From Acidobacteriota bacterium (lineage in GTDB: Bacteria > Acidobacteriota > CAIWXX01), in contig JBFMAF010000037.1 in assembly GCA_040755995.1 (NCBI GenBank), positions 224,001-288,000 on the forward strand: a stretch of 64,000 bases of DNA, in the 5' to 3' direction. The notes beneath the pieces were generated by a model. The model made no database searches, was not told where the DNA came from, and worked only from the letters and a program-made list of their open reading frames with translations. Made by a program: the position numbers and the translations under genes. Of this stretch, positions 28,507 through 42,460 are shown in pieces. How positions within the stretch are numbered: the stretch's first letter is position 1; each line of letters opens with the position of its first letter.

Positions 28507-28550
28507 TGACCAACCGGATGGTATTATATCAATCCGAGGAGCAGAGTCAA
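28507..28550 (-). promoter_or_regulatory. tetR promoter with an imperfect copy of the same operator
   Basis: Minus strand TTGACT-N16-TATAAT; TGACCAACCGGATGGTAT at 28507-28524 (15/18 match). Confidence 0.8.
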
Positions 28551-28621
28551 GTCATTTCTGCCGGCGTGGAGCGTGTGGGCGATGATGAGGAGGCCGGATG
28601 GGCCCCCAGGGGTTTCAGCTC

Positions 28622-29002
28622 TCACCTCGGCTTGAAGACCAGCAATTTCAAATCCTTGATCGCCTTGAGGTGCCTGGCGTTGCTCGTACACAGCGGAAGC
28701 TTTAGCTCGGCCGCCGTCGCGGCCACGATGGCGTCGCCCGCGCGGAGCCCGTGGGAGAGGGCGTACTCCTCGATGTAGACACCCGCACGGTGGCCGATTT
28801 CCTCCGAAAGGGGAAGGACCTTGAACGCGAACTCCTTCAGGAAGCTCCTGGTGTGCTCGCGTTGTTGCTTGTTCTGTGCGCCCTGGAGCAACTCCATATA
28901 TGTTTGAACCGACAGCAGGCGCTCCGCCTCCGCCTCGACCAGATGGGCCGCGGCAGCATTCCCTCGCTCTATCCAGATGAAGATATCCGTGTCAAAGATC
29001 AC
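28622..29002 (-). CDS. vapC: VapC PIN-domain toxin
   Basis: IFDTDIFI, EL, DAIVAATA, TSNARH; GTG start at 29002. Confidence 0.9.
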   Translation of the reverse strand: MIFDTDIFIWIERGNAAAAHLVEAEAERLLSVQTYMELLQGAQNKQQREHTRSFLKEFAFKVLPLSEEIGHRAGVYIEEYALSHGLRAGDAIVAATAAELKLPLCTSNARHLKAIKDLKLLVFKPR

Positions 29003-29228
29003 GATATCTGCCTCCCCGCAAGACGTCCATCCGGCGAGTGACAGGTTCCTTGCTTTTGCGCATTCCAAAGAAAGGGTGCTCCGCCATACTTCGCACGGGA
29101 GCTGTCCGGGGGGCGGAGAGCACACCTTTCAGCTTGCCATGCGAGTGAACACTGACGTCTTCGTTCCGTTCCAGGGCCTTGAGGACGTCGTGCATCCGGT
29201 ATCTGAGATCGACCACACTTGCCTTCAT
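28992..29228 (-). CDS. Phd/YefM family antitoxin
   Basis: MKASVVDLRYRM..VLKALERNE.V...HGK; GGGAGG RBS; overlaps the vapC start. Confidence 0.85.
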   Translation of the reverse strand: MKASVVDLRYRMHDVLKALERNEDVSVHSHGKLKGVLSAPRTAPVRSMAEHPFFGMRKSKEPVTRRMDVLRGGRYRDL

Positions 29229-29242
29229 CGCGGCCTCCCATA

Positions 29243-29261
29243 TGTATAACGGCACTATACA
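29243..29261. promoter_or_regulatory. Inverted repeat operator over the TA -10 box
   Basis: TGTATA-N7-TATACA; minus strand TG-TG-TATAGT. Confidence 0.6.
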
Positions 29262-29293
29262 CAAGCAACGGGGGGGCACGTCAAGTGCCGGGG

Positions 29294-29346
29294 GACGCAA
29301 GACGGAAGACGCAAGACGGAAGACGGAAGACGGCAGAGGGAAGACG
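29294..29346. repeat. AGACGGA-type heptamer tandem array
   Basis: About 7 units; a second array of the same type at 29660-29692. Confidence 0.85.
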
Positions 29347-29577
29347 TCCGAAAACCGGGCATCTCGCCTGGCTCCCGGTCCTATCGGTCGTTGCCACATC
29401 CAGCCCGGTCCGCGGAGAGGATCAACACAGATCACGAAGCCCGTGTGTCCGAAAGTCGAGCACGGAAGACATGACGCCTTGCCCCTGCATGTGGTCCTAT
29501 CTCTGTGAAAAACAAGTAGCTCTCCCGCGCTGCTTCCCTGGCATGGAAAACGCAGTCCGACCAGGTGGAGGTGTGAG

Positions 29578-31236
29578 ATGAGGAGAGCAGGCTGGTGGGT
29601 ATCGACAGCCAAGAATGCCATTGTAGACCTGGTCACTCCAGAGGCCGACCGGCTTCCAGGACGGGAGACGGGAGACGGAAGACGGAAGACGGGGAGGGAT
29701 AGAAGAACCTGCGGTCGGGAGCCGAGTAGGCACTGGATCACCGGATGCGTAGTTCTCTCCCTGCTCATGCCTGCAGTGTTTGCTCAAGCCCGGCCGAGGA
29801 ACGAGGGTCCGGGCGTGCCGGACAAGATTCGATACTTCGAGCTCGTCACGATGGCCGGTCGCGAGCCGGGACAGAGCCATGCGACGGACGCTGGCGTGTC
29901 GCGGCGCGAGGTGTCGTTCAGCGCCTTCGGCAGAAACTTCACCATGCAACTGGAGCCGAACGATCTGTTCGCACCAGACTCGAGGAACACCTGGATCGGG
30001 TCCAGTGGGCGCGATGTTGAGGCACCCGCCGCGGTTTTTTACAAAGGTGAACTGGCCGGTGAAGCCGGCTCGTGGGCTCGCGTGACGCTCACGGGCGGCT
30101 CGATAGACGGCATGATTTCGACGGCCGACGATGTCTACTTCGTCGAGCCGGCATCACGCTACTTCACGGGCGCACCCGCGACCGAGCTGGTTGTGTACCG
30201 GCTCTCCGATTGCGATCCCGACTGGGAGACGGGGACATGCGCTCTTGATGACCCGGAGATTGCAGCCGAGATGGGTGCCGATCCCTCGCCCAGCGTTCTG
30301 TCGAACTACGAGGCGATCAACGCCTTCCTGCCGGAGGCTCCGACCCGTCTCCTCAGGCGCTGCGAGATCGGCCTGGTTGCGGACCACGAGCTGTACCAGC
30401 GCCACGGGACGGCGACCGCGACGTACATACAGGGACTTGTCAATCAAATGGATGGGATCTTCAGGCGTGACCACGGCGTGGCCATCACGATCGCTCAAAC
30501 TGCCGTCTACACGACCGCGGACGACCCTTTCTCGAGCACCACGGACGCGGCGTCGCTGGTCAGGGAGATCGTGGCATGGAAGAGCTCCGCGCGCTGCCCA
30601 ATCAGCGGTGTGGACGTTACACATCTCTTTACAGGGCGCGATCTAAACGGATACACAGTCGGCATCTCCTATCTCGCCACGGTGTGCAACAGCGAGTACG
30701 GAGTGTCGCTGTCCCAGTCCTTCACCGACGACAACAAGTCTCTTGTCCTGGTCGTTTCGCATGAGATCGGCCACAACTTCGGCGCCTACCATGACAACCA
30801 GAGCGGCTCGCCCTGCGCGCCCGAGCCCTTCGGCTTCGTCATGAACCCGTACGTGAGCAGCCAGCTCAGCCTGAGTTTCTCTTCATGCACGAAAGGACTC
30901 ATCGCGAATCTCGTCGCCGGCGCCGGTTGTCTCGATTCGGTCGACTTCCCCAACAGGCCCCCGGTGGCGCTGGCCGGCGCCGATCAGTCCACCGTCACAA
31001 GTGCTCGCGTGTCGATCGATGGAAGCGGCAGCTACGATCCCGACGGCGACACGATCTCGTATGCCTGGAAGCAGATCAAGGGAGCCAAGGTCAAGCTGGC
31101 GAATATGAAAAGCAGCACACTCGCCTTCACGGCGCCCAGGACAGCAGCCAGACTCGTCTTCCGGCTCACCGTCAGCGATGGATCGTTGACCCGCTTCGAT
31201 GACGTGATCGTAGCCGTCAAGCTGGCGAGCCGATAG
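29578..31236 (+). CDS. M12B/reprolysin-like zinc metallopeptidase with PKD-like domain
   Basis: Prodomain, HEIGHNFGAYHD, Met-turn (FVMNP), NRPPVA.AG.DQ and SYDPDGD. Confidence 0.9.
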   Translation: MRRAGWWVSTAKNAIVDLVTPEADRLPGRETGDGRRKTGRDRRTCGREPSRHWITGCVVLSLLMPAVFAQARPRNEGPGVPDKIRYFELVTMAGREPGQSHATDAGVSRREVSFSAFGRNFTMQLEPNDLFAPDSRNTWIGSSGRDVEAPAAVFYKGELAGEAGSWARVTLTGGSIDGMISTADDVYFVEPASRYFTGAPATELVVYRLSDCDPDWETGTCALDDPEIAAEMGADPSPSVLSNYEAINAFLPEAPTRLLRRCEIGLVADHELYQRHGTATATYIQGLVNQMDGIFRRDHGVAITIAQTAVYTTADDPFSSTTDAASLVREIVAWKSSARCPISGVDVTHLFTGRDLNGYTVGISYLATVCNSEYGVSLSQSFTDDNKSLVLVVSHEIGHNFGAYHDNQSGSPCAPEPFGFVMNPYVSSQLSLSFSSCTKGLIANLVAGAGCLDSVDFPNRPPVALAGADQSTVTSARVSIDGSGSYDPDGDTISYAWKQIKGAKVKLANMKSSTLAFTAPRTAARLVFRLTVSDGSLTRFDDVIVAVKLASR

Positions 31237-31388
31237 GCGCGCTCATGCACCGCGAAACTGTGGGACACGCCCGTGAAGGGACAGGGCGCTGCATGGCCAA
31301 TCGCTTCGACCGGGATCTTCTGATAGATTGTAGTTGGGCGGATGCATTGGAGGGAAGATCGTATGCCCCGGCGTCAGTGGAGAGATCT

Positions 31389-31546
31389 CCAGGCGGCTTC
31401 AGGAGGCAAAGACATGTGGCGATTGAGTGAATGTTCCGAAGCGGTGCCTCGTCCCCACGCACGAGTCGTCCACTCTCCGCTCTCTTCCCGAGGCCCAGCC
31501 GGAGCGGCTTCGGATGTTTCATCGGTGTGAGGTCGCGCTTCGCTAG
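31389..31546 (+). mobile_element. ~160 bp dispersed repeat, copy C (degenerate)
   Basis: CCAG-GCGGCTTCAGG...ATGTGGCGATTGAGT...TTCATCGGTGTGAGGTCGCGCTTCG-CTAG. Confidence 0.7.
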
Positions 31547-31558
31547 GCGCGTTAGCGC

Positions 31559-31731
31559 CTAGCGGGCTTCAGGGGAAGAAGATGTTGCGATTGAGTCAAG
31601 TTTGCCACGTCGCGTCATTCGCTCTGAATTCCCACGGTAGTCACTCCCAACTCTCGACTGTCGACTCTCGACGCGAGGCGGGGTCAAAGCGGCCTGGCAT
31701 GGTTCATCGGTCTGAGGCCCCGCCTCGCTAG
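31559..31731 (+). mobile_element. ~170 bp dispersed repeat, copy D
   Basis: CTAG-CGGGCTTCAGGGGAAGAAGATGTTGCGATTGAGT...GCGAGGCGGGG...TTCATCGGTCTGAGGCCCCGCCTCG-CTAG. Confidence 0.78.
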
Positions 31732-31761
31732 TTCCTTCAGCAGCGGGAGACGGCGCAGAAA

Positions 31762-36112
<4,351 letters not shown>

Positions 36113-36138
<26 letters not shown>

Positions 36139-36724
36139 CGCCACCTCCCGCAGGATGCTGCAGCTCCTTCTGGAGAAGTGGGACTACGAAGTGATCGTGA
36201 CCTCCGATGGGAACCGGGCCTGGGAGGCACTCGGCCAGCCCAACCCGCCCCGGCTCGCGATCCTGGACTGGATGATGCCCGGTCAGGACGGGATCGAGGT
36301 TATCCGGCGAATACGGCAGTCTCCGGCCATGGACCCGCCGTATATCATCTTGCTGACGGCGCGCGGTGCCAAGGGCGACGTCGTAGCCGGTCTGGAAGCG
36401 GGTGCCAATGACTACCTGGGCAAGCCGTTCGACAGCGAGGAGCTGCGTGCGCGGATTCGAGTCGGAGAGCGCATGCTGGCACTCCAATCCGCCCTTGCCG
36501 AACGCATACTCCAGCTCGAAAACGCGATCTCTCACGTGAAGACGCTCCAGGGCGTGCTGCCGATCTGCTCGCACTGCCACCGGATCCGCACCGACGAACA
36601 GAGCTGGACACGCATAGAGAAGTACCTCACCGAGCACACCGACGCCAGGCTCAGCCACGGCATCTGCCCGAGCTGCCTCGAGAAGTACTACTCGGATTGG
36701 GGCGAGCCTCTCGATACTGCCTGA
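36113..36724 (+). CDS. Response regulator with C-terminal Cys4 putative zinc-binding domain
   Basis: REC (EDD, DWMMP, KP) plus LPICSHC...SHGICPSC. Confidence 0.88.
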
Positions 36725-37011
36725 TGCCGCGCCGGCGCTCGACGCGCGGCCGGCACTCTGCCGTTCTCGCTCACCCATCGGGCCGACGCGGCGACGCGGA
36801 GACACGGCCACGCGGTGATCGGACCGGAGCGGATTCTACCCCCAGCCGCGTAGAGCCAGCTCTCCGCGCTCACCGTGCGGCTCGGCGAGGACGGCTCGCA
36901 CACTCCCCCGAGGCCGAAACCCAAACCCAGCCTCGTGAGTTGTCGGGTACACTACCGTCTGCTATCATGACCGCAGGACAAGCGGAAGACCCGGTCCTCC
37001 GAGAAACCTTG

Positions 37012-39576
37012 ATGCCAGAAGAGTCGATCTCCTCGGCTGTGGGCGCCGGCGATACTGACCTGGATACGTTGCTTCGGCGTGTGGCCAAGGCGTGCGCGCT
37101 GAGTGCCTGCATCATCGCCTTCGCCGTGCTCGCGGCCTGGGCCGCGGGGCACTGGTCACTGACCGCCTTCGGCGAGGGCTACATCCCGATGGCGCCGAGC
37201 ACCGCGATTCTTTTCGTCATGCTGAGCAGCGCGATGTGCCTGCCTGACAGCAGATCCGCTACTGCCTCTGTCTGGCGGAGCCTCGCGGTTTCTCTCGCGG
37301 TGCTCGCCAGCGCCGCGGTCGTGGCGCAGTACCTGTTGGGCCTCGAGTTCGCTTCTTTCGAGCACTGGCTGGGGAACACGAAAGTAGCGGTTGGGGGCTT
37401 TGAGATCGGCCGGATGTCTCCGCTGACGGCTCTCGCCTTCCTGGCTACAGCGGCAGCCTTCCAGCTGGCGCGGCCTCCCCTCGTCCGCAAGCGCCTGGTA
37501 CCCTATGCTGCCGCCGGACTGGCCGGTATGGTGCTGCTGCTGGCGGTTTTTGTGGTCCTTGGCTATGCCACCGGAGAGCCCATCCTGTATGCCGGACGCA
37601 CAACGCCGATGGCACTCATCACGGGCGTGTCGTTCGGCCTGGTCGCACTGGGGATCCTGGCGAACACGCTACAGGCAATGGGTCTGGCGGAGCACGCCGC
37701 TGCGGACCGGGTCGCGGGCACCGAGTCCCAGCGCCGCTTCGGGACCAGGCTCGTAGGCATCTTCATCCTGTCTCTCATCGCCCTCGGCGGGTCTGCCTTC
37801 TCCTACCTCAGGAAGCAGCAGGTCGCCGTCCGACGGGGCACGCAGGATGAGCTCGAGGCCGTCGCCAACCTGAAGATGAGCCAGATAGTAAGCTGGCGTG
37901 AAGAGAGGCTGGCTGACGCGCGGTTCTTCGCCAGGGCGGAATTCGTCGCGCGAGATGTGCAGGCATTCCTCGCCGACCCGTCGTCGAGTGCTGCGCGTGA
38001 TGCCATCATCGGGTGGCTGACCCTGCTCAAGGCGGGAGACCGCTATGAACGCGTGGCGCTTTTCGACTCCAAGCTCGCAGTGCGTGTTTCTGTCCCGCCG
38101 TGGGATCCACCACCGGGGCCGACCGCGACGAGCTTCGTCGCCGAAGCGCTCAGAAGTACCGATCCGGTCATGACGGATCTGCATCGTGGAGACTCGCCGG
38201 ACGAGGTCCATGTCGACCTTCTATTCCCGGTCTTCCCACTCGATCGCCTCCGCGTGAGCCCGGATTTCGATGTGTCGAAGCTTGGACTGCCGTTGGGCGT
38301 GGTTATGCTGCGGATCGACCCCCGCCGGTTCCTGTTCCCACTCATCCAGTCATGGCCGGGCCCCAGCCCCACAGCCGAGACTCTCCTGGTCAGGCGGGAA
38401 GGCAACCAGGTGGTCTTCCTCACCGAGCTCCGGCATTCCGGCAGCTCCGCGCTCTCGATGCGCTTTCCGGTCGACGCGCCCCGCCTGCCCGCGGCGATGG
38501 CTCTACAGGGGAAGACAGGAGTGACAGAAGGGTTGGACTATCGCGGCGTTCCAGTGACGGCCGCAATGCGGCCGGTGAGAGAAACCCCTTGGTACATTGT
38601 GGCCAAGGTGGACGCTGATGAAGTCTACGCACCGCTGTATGCGCAAGCCTGGACCACCGGCGTCATCGCGGTTGTTCTTGTCCTGGTTCTGACCTCTGGG
38701 GTCGGCCTGGTCTGGCAGCAGCGGGAGTCGCTGTTCCTACGAAGGGAGCTCGCCGCGGAGCGCGCGCGGCTGCGGGCGGAGGAGGCGCTGGGGGAGGAGA
38801 GACGGCGCGTCGAGGAGCAGATAAGACGCTTGAACGCGGAACTCGAGCAACGGGTCGTCGAGCGCACGGCGCAGCTGGAGGCTGCGAACAAGGAGCTCGA
38901 GGCATTCTCTTACTCGATCTCGCATGACCTGCGGGCGCCCCTGCGGCATCTGGACGGCTTCTCGCGCATCCTGGTCGAGGAACACGCGGCGGAGTTGCCG
39001 GCGGATGCGGCGCGCTATCTCGGCATTATCCGCCAGAGCGCCCAGCAGATGGGGAGGCTCATCGACGAGCTGCTCCATTTCTCGCGGCTCAGCCGACAGC
39101 CGCTGGCGCGGCAGGATTCCGACATGCAGGAGATGGTGCAGCAGGTCTGGGATGATCTGCGCGGTGAGAGACAAGAGCGGGGAGTGGAGATCGGGATCGA
39201 GCCGCTCCCCGCGGCCGAGTGCGATCCCGGCCTGATTCGCCAGGTCTGGACCAACCTGCTTTCGAATGCGCTCAAGTTCACGCGGCGCTGCGAGGTTGCG
39301 CGGATCGAGGTCGGCTGGCGTGCTCCCGAGAGCAGCGCCGCGGGCGCGTACTTCGTAAGGGACAATGGGGCGGGCTTCGACATGCGATACGCGGACAAGC
39401 TCTTCGGCGTCTTCCAGCGGCTCCACCGCGCCGAGGACTACGAGGGAACCGGTGTGGGGCTGGCCATCGTGCAGCGGATCATCCATCGCCACGGGGGCCG
39501 CGTGTGGGCGGAGTCGGAGCCCGGGAAGGGCGCAACGTTCTACTTCAGCATCGAAGGAGGTGCCGCCGATGGTTGA
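37012..39576 (+). CDS. Membrane sensor histidine kinase (Cph1-like kinase core)
   Basis: Multi-TM, Cache-like region, FSYSISHDLRAP, KLFGVFQRLH, GTGVGLA. Start may be 36967. Confidence 0.9.
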   Translation: MPEESISSAVGAGDTDLDTLLRRVAKACALSACIIAFAVLAAWAAGHWSLTAFGEGYIPMAPSTAILFVMLSSAMCLPDSRSATASVWRSLAVSLAVLASAAVVAQYLLGLEFASFEHWLGNTKVAVGGFEIGRMSPLTALAFLATAAAFQLARPPLVRKRLVPYAAAGLAGMVLLLAVFVVLGYATGEPILYAGRTTPMALITGVSFGLVALGILANTLQAMGLAEHAAADRVAGTESQRRFGTRLVGIFILSLIALGGSAFSYLRKQQVAVRRGTQDELEAVANLKMSQIVSWREERLADARFFARAEFVARDVQAFLADPSSSAARDAIIGWLTLLKAGDRYERVALFDSKLAVRVSVPPWDPPPGPTATSFVAEALRSTDPVMTDLHRGDSPDEVHVDLLFPVFPLDRLRVSPDFDVSKLGLPLGVVMLRIDPRRFLFPLIQSWPGPSPTAETLLVRREGNQVVFLTELRHSGSSALSMRFPVDAPRLPAAMALQGKTGVTEGLDYRGVPVTAAMRPVRETPWYIVAKVDADEVYAPLYAQAWTTGVIAVVLVLVLTSGVGLVWQQRESLFLRRELAAERARLRAEEALGEERRRVEEQIRRLNAELEQRVVERTAQLEAANKELEAFSYSISHDLRAPLRHLDGFSRILVEEHAAELPADAARYLGIIRQSAQQMGRLIDELLHFSRLSRQPLARQDSDMQEMVQQVWDDLRGERQERGVEIGIEPLPAAECDPGLIRQVWTNLLSNALKFTRRCEVARIEVGWRAPESSAAGAYFVRDNGAGFDMRYADKLFGVFQRLHRAEDYEGTGVGLAIVQRIIHRHGGRVWAESEPGKGATFYFSIEGGAADG

Positions 39577-40018
39577 GCAGACGATCGAGATTCTGCTAGT
39601 CGAAGACGACCCGAACGACGTCGAGCTGACTCTTCACGCGTTCAGGAGCCATCATCTGGCGAACCGCATTCAGGTCACCCGCGACGGGGCCGAGGCGATC
39701 GAGTATCTTTTCGGAACGGGGGCGTTCGACGGGCGAAGCGTATCCGATGTCCCGAAGGTGATCCTGCTCGATCTCAAGTTGCCGAAGGTCGACGGTCTGG
39801 AAGTTCTGCGCCGGATCAAGGCCGATCCGCGCACACGGGCGATCCCGGTGGTGGTGCTGAGCTCGTCGCGCGAGGAGCAGGACGTAGCGCGGGCGTATGA
39901 GCTCGGCGTCAACAGCTACATAGTGAAGCCCGTGGACTTCGACAAGTTCACCGAGGCTGTGCGGCAACTGGGGCTCTACTGGCTGTTGTTGAACCAGCCG
40001 CCCCTCAGTGGTGCGTGA
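39569..40018 (+). CDS. Single-domain response regulator (Rcp1-like)
   Basis: ILLVEDDPND, LLDLKLPKVDG, NSYIVKP, YWL; AAGGAGG RBS. Confidence 0.93.
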   Translation: MVEQTIEILLVEDDPNDVELTLHAFRSHHLANRIQVTRDGAEAIEYLFGTGAFDGRSVSDVPKVILLDLKLPKVDGLEVLRRIKADPRTRAIPVVVLSSSREEQDVARAYELGVNSYIVKPVDFDKFTEAVRQLGLYWLLLNQPPLSGA

Positions 40019-42339
40019 TGGCTGCGCGGCTTCGCGTCCTGATCCTCGAAGATTGCCCGGCTGATGCCGAGCTCATGTTGCATGACCTCCGCGCGGCGGG
40101 GTTCGATCCGGAGTGGCATCGCGTCGACACGGAAGCGGAGTTTGCGGCACGGCTCGACCCGGGCCTCGACGTGATCATCGCCGATTTCAAGCTTCCGCAG
40201 TTCGATGCGATGCGGGCGCTGGAGATCTTGCGTAGCACCGGATACGATGTCCCGCTGATCGTCGTATCCGGCTCGATTGGTGAGGACGTCGCGGTCGAGG
40301 CGATGAAGCGAGGCGCCGCGGACTACGTGCTCAAAGACCGCCGTGGCCGCCTCGCCATGGCCGTGAAGGCGGCAGTCGAGGCCAGGCTCTCGCGATCCGA
40401 GATGCAGAGGGCCGAGGCGGCGCTGCGGCAGAGCGAAGAGAGATACAGGAAGATGTTCGAGAACACGGTGGAGGGTATGTTCCAGAGCACTCCCGACGGG
40501 CGGTGCCTGCAGGTCAACCCGGCGTTTGCGAGGATGTTCGGCTTCGACAGTCCGGAACAGATGATGGCGAGCGTCACCGGTATGGAGCAGCTCTATGCGA
40601 ATGCAGAGGATCGCATACGGATCATGGAGCAGATCGAGAGAGCCGGCCATGTCAGGGAAGTCGAGATAGAGGGCATGCGGCGGGATGGGCAGAGAATCTG
40701 GATCAGCATGAACGCCATCGCAGTCAAGGACGAGACCGGCCGGATCGCCTACTATGAAGGTACCACCGCCGACATCACACAGCGGAAGCGATCCGAGCGA
40801 GTCCTCCGGCTGCAGGCCGCTGCGTTGGCCTCCGCGGCCAACGGCATCGTCATCACCGACCGCGACGGCACAATCGAATGGGTGAATGACGCCTTCACGA
40901 CGATGACGAGGTACTCTTCTCGCGAGGTGCTGGGGCAAAACCCGCGCATACTGAAGTCGGGCGAACATCCGGTCGAGTTCTACCGGGAACTGTGGAACAC
41001 GATCCTGTCAGGCTTCGTGTGGCGAGGGGAAGTTGTCAACCGGCGCAAAGACGGCACGCAGTACGCCGAAGAGATGACGATCACGCCGGTGCGCGCCGGG
41101 GGCGGCAGCGGCGCGATCACTCACTTCGTCGCGGTCAAGGAAGACATCACCCACCGGAAGCGGCTCGAAGACCAGCTCCGCCAGGCGCAGAAGATGGAGA
41201 GCATAGGCAGGCTGGCCGGGGGCGTGGCACATGACTTCAACAACATCCTGACCGTGATCCTGGCAAACACCGGGCTGCTGGAGGACCAGATCGACGCCGG
41301 AGGAGACTCCGCCACGTTGCTCAGGCAGATCACCCTGGCGGCAGAGCGTGCAGCGGGCCTGACCCGCCAGCTGCTCACATTCAGCCGGAAACACCCGCTG
41401 AGGATGCAGAGGCTCAATCTGAACGACACCATCCGTGGGCTTACCAAGATGCTCCACAGAATCATCGGCGAGGACGTGGCGATGGACTGCACCTACGCCG
41501 ACGATCTGCCCGCTATCCGGGCCGACATAGGAATGATTGAACAGGTGCTCATGAATCTCGCCGTCAACGCGCGGGATGCAATGCCGAGGGGCGGCCAGCT
41601 GCGCATGGTCACGGACCTGGTCACGGTCGACGCCGAGCACGTGCGCCGCGAGCCGGCCGCGCGGCCGGGCCAGTTCGTACGCCTGACTGTTGCCGACACC
41701 GGCGGCGGCATCGCGCCGGAGATCCTCCCGTTTGTATTCGAGCCTTTCTTCACCACCAAGGATGTGGGGAAGGGCACCGGGCTCGGCCTGGCGACCGCCT
41801 ACTCCGTCGTACTACAGCATCAGGGGTGGATCGAGCTCGAGAGCGCAGTCGGCAAGGGCACCGCCTTCCGCATATATCTGCCCGCCTTTGAACAGGCTGC
41901 CGAGGAAGCGAAAACAGCCGCCGCAGAGTCAGCACCGGGCGGCGGCCCGGAGGTGATCCTCGTGGTGGAGGATGAGGATATGGTACGGCGATTGACGTGC
42001 ACGAGCCTCCGGCGGCTCGGATACGAGGTGCTCGAGGCTTGTGACGCAGCGGATGCGACGAGGGTGTGGGAGGAGTGCCAGGAACGGATCGAGCTGCTGC
42101 TCACCGACATGGTGATGCCCGGCGGCGTTACGGGACGCGAGCTGGCGGAGCGTCTCCAACAGGCAAAGCCGGGGCTGAGGGTGCTCTTCACGAGCGGCTA
42201 CAGCCCAGGGGCCAGCTATGGGATCGACCTGGAGCCGGGCGTCAATTTCCTCCCCAAGCCGTTCGATCGGAACCGCCTCGCGCGCATAGTCCGCGATTGC
42301 CTCGACAGGGAGAAGGTAGACGACAGACGAAAGACGTAA
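40015..42339 (+). CDS. Hybrid kinase REC-PAS-PAS-HisKA-HATPase-REC
   Basis: [38 protein letters not shown]. Confidence 0.93.
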   Translation: MMAARLRVLILEDCPADAELMLHDLRAAGFDPEWHRVDTEAEFAARLDPGLDVIIADFKLPQFDAMRALEILRSTGYDVPLIVVSGSIGEDVAVEAMKRGAADYVLKDRRGRLAMAVKAAVEARLSRSEMQRAEAALRQSEERYRKMFENTVEGMFQSTPDGRCLQVNPAFARMFGFDSPEQMMASVTGMEQLYANAEDRIRIMEQIERAGHVREVEIEGMRRDGQRIWISMNAIAVKDETGRIAYYEGTTADITQRKRSERVLRLQAAALASAANGIVITDRDGTIEWVNDAFTTMTRYSSREVLGQNPRILKSGEHPVEFYRELWNTILSGFVWRGEVVNRRKDGTQYAEEMTITPVRAGGGSGAITHFVAVKEDITHRKRLEDQLRQAQKMESIGRLAGGVAHDFNNILTVILANTGLLEDQIDAGGDSATLLRQITLAAERAAGLTRQLLTFSRKHPLRMQRLNLNDTIRGLTKMLHRIIGEDVAMDCTYADDLPAIRADIGMIEQVLMNLAVNARDAMPRGGQLRMVTDLVTVDAEHVRREPAARPGQFVRLTVADTGGGIAPEILPFVFEPFFTTKDVGKGTGLGLATAYSVVLQHQGWIELESAVGKGTAFRIYLPAFEQAAEEAKTAAAESAPGGGPEVILVVEDEDMVRRLTCTSLRRLGYEVLEACDAADATRVWEECQERIELLLTDMVMPGGVTGRELAERLQQAKPGLRVLFTSGYSPGASYGIDLEPGVNFLPKPFDRNRLARIVRDCLDREKVDDRRKT

Positions 42340-42400
42340 GACGTGCGCTGCTGTTCCTCCGTCTTCCGTCTTCCGTCTCCCGTCTCCCGTCTCCCGTCTA
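42317..42400. repeat. Inverted pair of AGACG heptamer arrays between convergent genes
   Basis: TAGACGACAGACGAAAGACGTAAGACG (42317-42343) and CGTCT repeats at 7 bp period ending CGTCTA at 42400. Confidence 0.85.
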
Positions 42401-42460
42401 ACGCCCCGGAGGCAGGCGGCCTCCTGAGCGGGTTGAGGTGCTCAGGTGCGCCGCGGAAAC

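Noticed and set aside
29294..29692. Short repeats as a possible CRISPR array
   Set aside because: 7 bp tandem units with no unique spacers, and no cas genes in the window.
28992..29768. 258 aa ORF as one protein
   Set aside because: Only the last 78 aa resemble an antitoxin; the rest reads through promoter and repeats.
41180..41240. High similarity to 59890-59950
   Set aside because: Ordinary paralogy of the conserved kinase H-box, not a recent duplication.
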